Assembly (NCBI RefSeq): GCF_000009045.1
Contig: NC_000964.3
Span: forward strand, 3,270,001-3,302,000
From: Bacillus subtilis subsp. subtilis str. 168
GTDB lineage: Bacteria > Bacillota > Bacilli > Bacillales > Bacillaceae
Direction of reading: 5' to 3'
Length of the DNA stretch: 32,000 bases
Part shown: positions 29,718 through 32,000 of the stretch, piece after piece
Layout of the letters: every line of letters begins with the position of its first letter
Position numbering within the stretch: the stretch's first letter is position 1
Translations under genes and position numbers: made by a program
Notes under the pieces: model-generated
What the model was told of the DNA's origin: nothing
Database searches by the model: none
Seen by the model: the letters and a program-made list of their open reading frames with translations, nothing else

Positions 29718-29861
29718 TCAACGGCTGGAAAAAGAATGACTGTCTTTTCCTGTCCCCTGGCAAGACGGACAAGTCTCTGAACCGCCGAGAATCAATTGAA
29801 AATATCCTTTCCCTGAACAAAATGGGCATGCATGTGAAGCGGTTGTCGTTGCAGTTTTCAT
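29718..29861 (-). CDS. yuiA: 47-aa zinc-ribbon mini-protein YuiA with two CxxCxGxG motifs
   Basis: Hand translation gives MKTATTTASHACPFCSGKGYFQLILGGSETCPSCQGTGKDSHSFSSR, then TGA. SD AAGGGTGA (29876-29869) lies 7 nt upstream. It falls below the ORF-track size cutoff. Recognised as YuiA. Confidence 0.75.
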   Translation of the reverse strand: MKTATTTASHACPFCSGKGYFQLILGGSETCPSCQGTGKDSHSFSSR

Positions 29862-29893
29862 CTAATCATCACCCTTTTTCTTAATTTTCTGAT

Positions 29894-29903
29894 AATATAC
29901 CAT
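29894..29903 (-). promoter_or_regulatory. Extended -10 promoter element (aTGgTATATT) for yuiA-yuiB
   Basis: The minus strand reads ATGGTATATT. It would place the transcription start ~26 nt before the yuiA ATG, just upstream of the SD. A TTGACA at 29916-29911 is too close (11 nt) to serve as its -35 element. Confidence 0.4.
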
Positions 29904-30004
29904 ATCAAGCTGTCAACAATAAAGTCAGATCATGTGACAAATCTTTTGATGTAAGCGGAAACATACTTGTTTTCCTCTCGTTCTCTTTTTATTTTGGCGT
30001 TTTT

Positions 30005-30033
30005 TAATAAAGAAAACCCGCTTCCGCGGGTTT
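30005..30033 (-). terminator. Intrinsic terminator of yumB
   Basis: ACCCGC (30016-30021) pairs with GCGGGT (30026-30031) across a 4-nt loop. On the minus strand it is followed by TTTCTTTATT and begins directly after the stop codon. Confidence 0.65.
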
Positions 30034-31323
<1,290 letters not shown>

Positions 31324-31542
31324 TTATTGGCGGGATTTTATGAAATATATTGAAAAGTTTTTTGTGAAGTCCTTACCCGTAGCACTATTATCATGTTTAT
31401 CCGGCTGGCCCAAGAAACATTCAGAAAAAGATCATTTCATTTGGTTATTATCGTAGCGGCCTGCGGAAATATTTTCAAGAACGGATGGGCACGTTAGATC
31501 CTTACGATTTTTTCTGCTGACTCGTCAATTTGAACGGCAATA

Positions 31543-31551
31543 TGGTATAAT
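31543..31551 (+). promoter_or_regulatory. Extended -10 promoter element (TGgTATAAT) of yumC
   Basis: TG at 31543-31544 and TATAAT at 31546-31551. It predicts a ~28-nt leader carrying AGGAGG (31570-31575). Confidence 0.5.
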
Positions 31552-31585
31552 TAATAACAATTTTCATTTAGGAGGCAATTTTCGT

Positions 31586-32000
31586 ATGCGAGAGGATACA
31601 AAGGTTTATGATATTACAATTATAGGCGGGGGACCGGTCGGCTTATTCACCGCTTTTTACGGCGGGATGAGACAGGCAAGCGTCAAAATTATCGAAAGCC
31701 TGCCTCAGCTCGGCGGACAGCTTAGCGCCCTATACCCTGAGAAGTATATATATGATGTAGCGGGATTCCCGAAAATCCGCGCGCAAGAGCTTATCAATAA
31801 CCTAAAAGAGCAAATGGCGAAATTCGACCAAACCATTTGTCTGGAGCAAGCGGTTGAATCTGTTGAGAAACAAGCGGACGGCGTGTTTAAGCTTGTAACA
31901 AATGAAGAAACCCACTACTCTAAAACGGTCATCATAACTGCAGGAAACGGCGCATTCAAACCGAGAAAGCTGGAACTTGAAAATGCCGAGCAGTATGAAG
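31586..32000 (+). CDS. yumC: Ferredoxin-NADP+ oxidoreductase (thioredoxin-reductase-like) YumC. First 138 codons only; the gene runs off the right edge.
   Basis: Hand translation from ATG 31586 gives [46 protein letters not shown]..., with the FAD GxGxxG motif. It is not in the ORF track because there is no in-window stop. Confidence 0.9.
   Translation, partial: MREDTKVYDITIIGGGPVGLFTAFYGGMRQASVKIIESLPQLGGQLSALYPEKYIYDVAGFPKIRAQELINNLKEQMAKFDQTICLEQAVESVEKQADGVFKLVTNEETHYSKTVIITAGNGAFKPRKLELENAEQYE

Noticed and set aside
29665-29829. 55-codon N-terminal extension of yuiB in the track (161-aa ORF)
   Set aside because: It overlaps the yuiA coding sequence in another frame, is hydrophilic and Arg-rich unlike the rest of YuiB, and a strong SD precedes the internal TTG at 29664.
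31340-31456. 38-codon + strand ORF (MKYIEKFFVKSLPVALLSCLSGWPKKHSEKDHFIWLLS) in the yumB-yumC spacer
   Set aside because: It has only a weak GGCGGG upstream, LLSC does not fit a lipobox, and no promoter was found. It is kept as a note in a finding and not called as a gene.

Overview
The window reads as a Bacillus subtilis 168-type chromosomal segment, recognised from hand translation and remembered protein sequences; no database search was run. Almost every gene corresponds to a named locus.

Gene order, left to right:
- Core of the type VIIb secretion locus on the minus strand: essC/yukBA (runs off the left edge), essB/yukC, yukD and the WXG100 gene yukE.
- adeR-ald, the alanine dehydrogenase gene with its PucR-type activator (+).
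- yukJ, uncharacterised (+).
- The complete Fur-controlled bacillibactin cluster dhbA-C-E-B-F-mbtH (-), then the bacillibactin esterase gene besA (-).
- yuiH (molybdopterin oxidoreductase, -), bioYB/yuiG (+), yuiF (NhaC-family transporter, -), pepA (-), yuiD (+), yuiC (-), yuiB (-), the 47-codon yuiA (-), and yumB (NDH-2, -).
- The 5' end of yumC (+), which runs off the right edge.

The ORF track omits three genes: the two edge-truncated genes (essC, yumC) and yuiA. It also over-extends the N-termini of about a dozen genes; I re-called those starts from Shine-Dalgarno spacing.

I see no rRNA, tRNA, CRISPR array, transposase, integrase or phage genes. I also see no unassigned multi-gene cassette that would indicate a novel system, so this looks like an ordinary, well-studied core region.

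The observations most worth a second look are small-scale:
- An orphan promoter plus terminator unit (about 115 nt) just upstream of the T7SS operon.
- A 30-bp perfect palindrome across the adeR stop codon.
- The DnaJ-type double CxxCxGxG mini-protein YuiA.
- The uncharacterised yukJ.
- A BirA-operator-like repeat shared by divergent yuiH and bioYB.
- The twin promoter/Fur-box layout of dhbA and besA.
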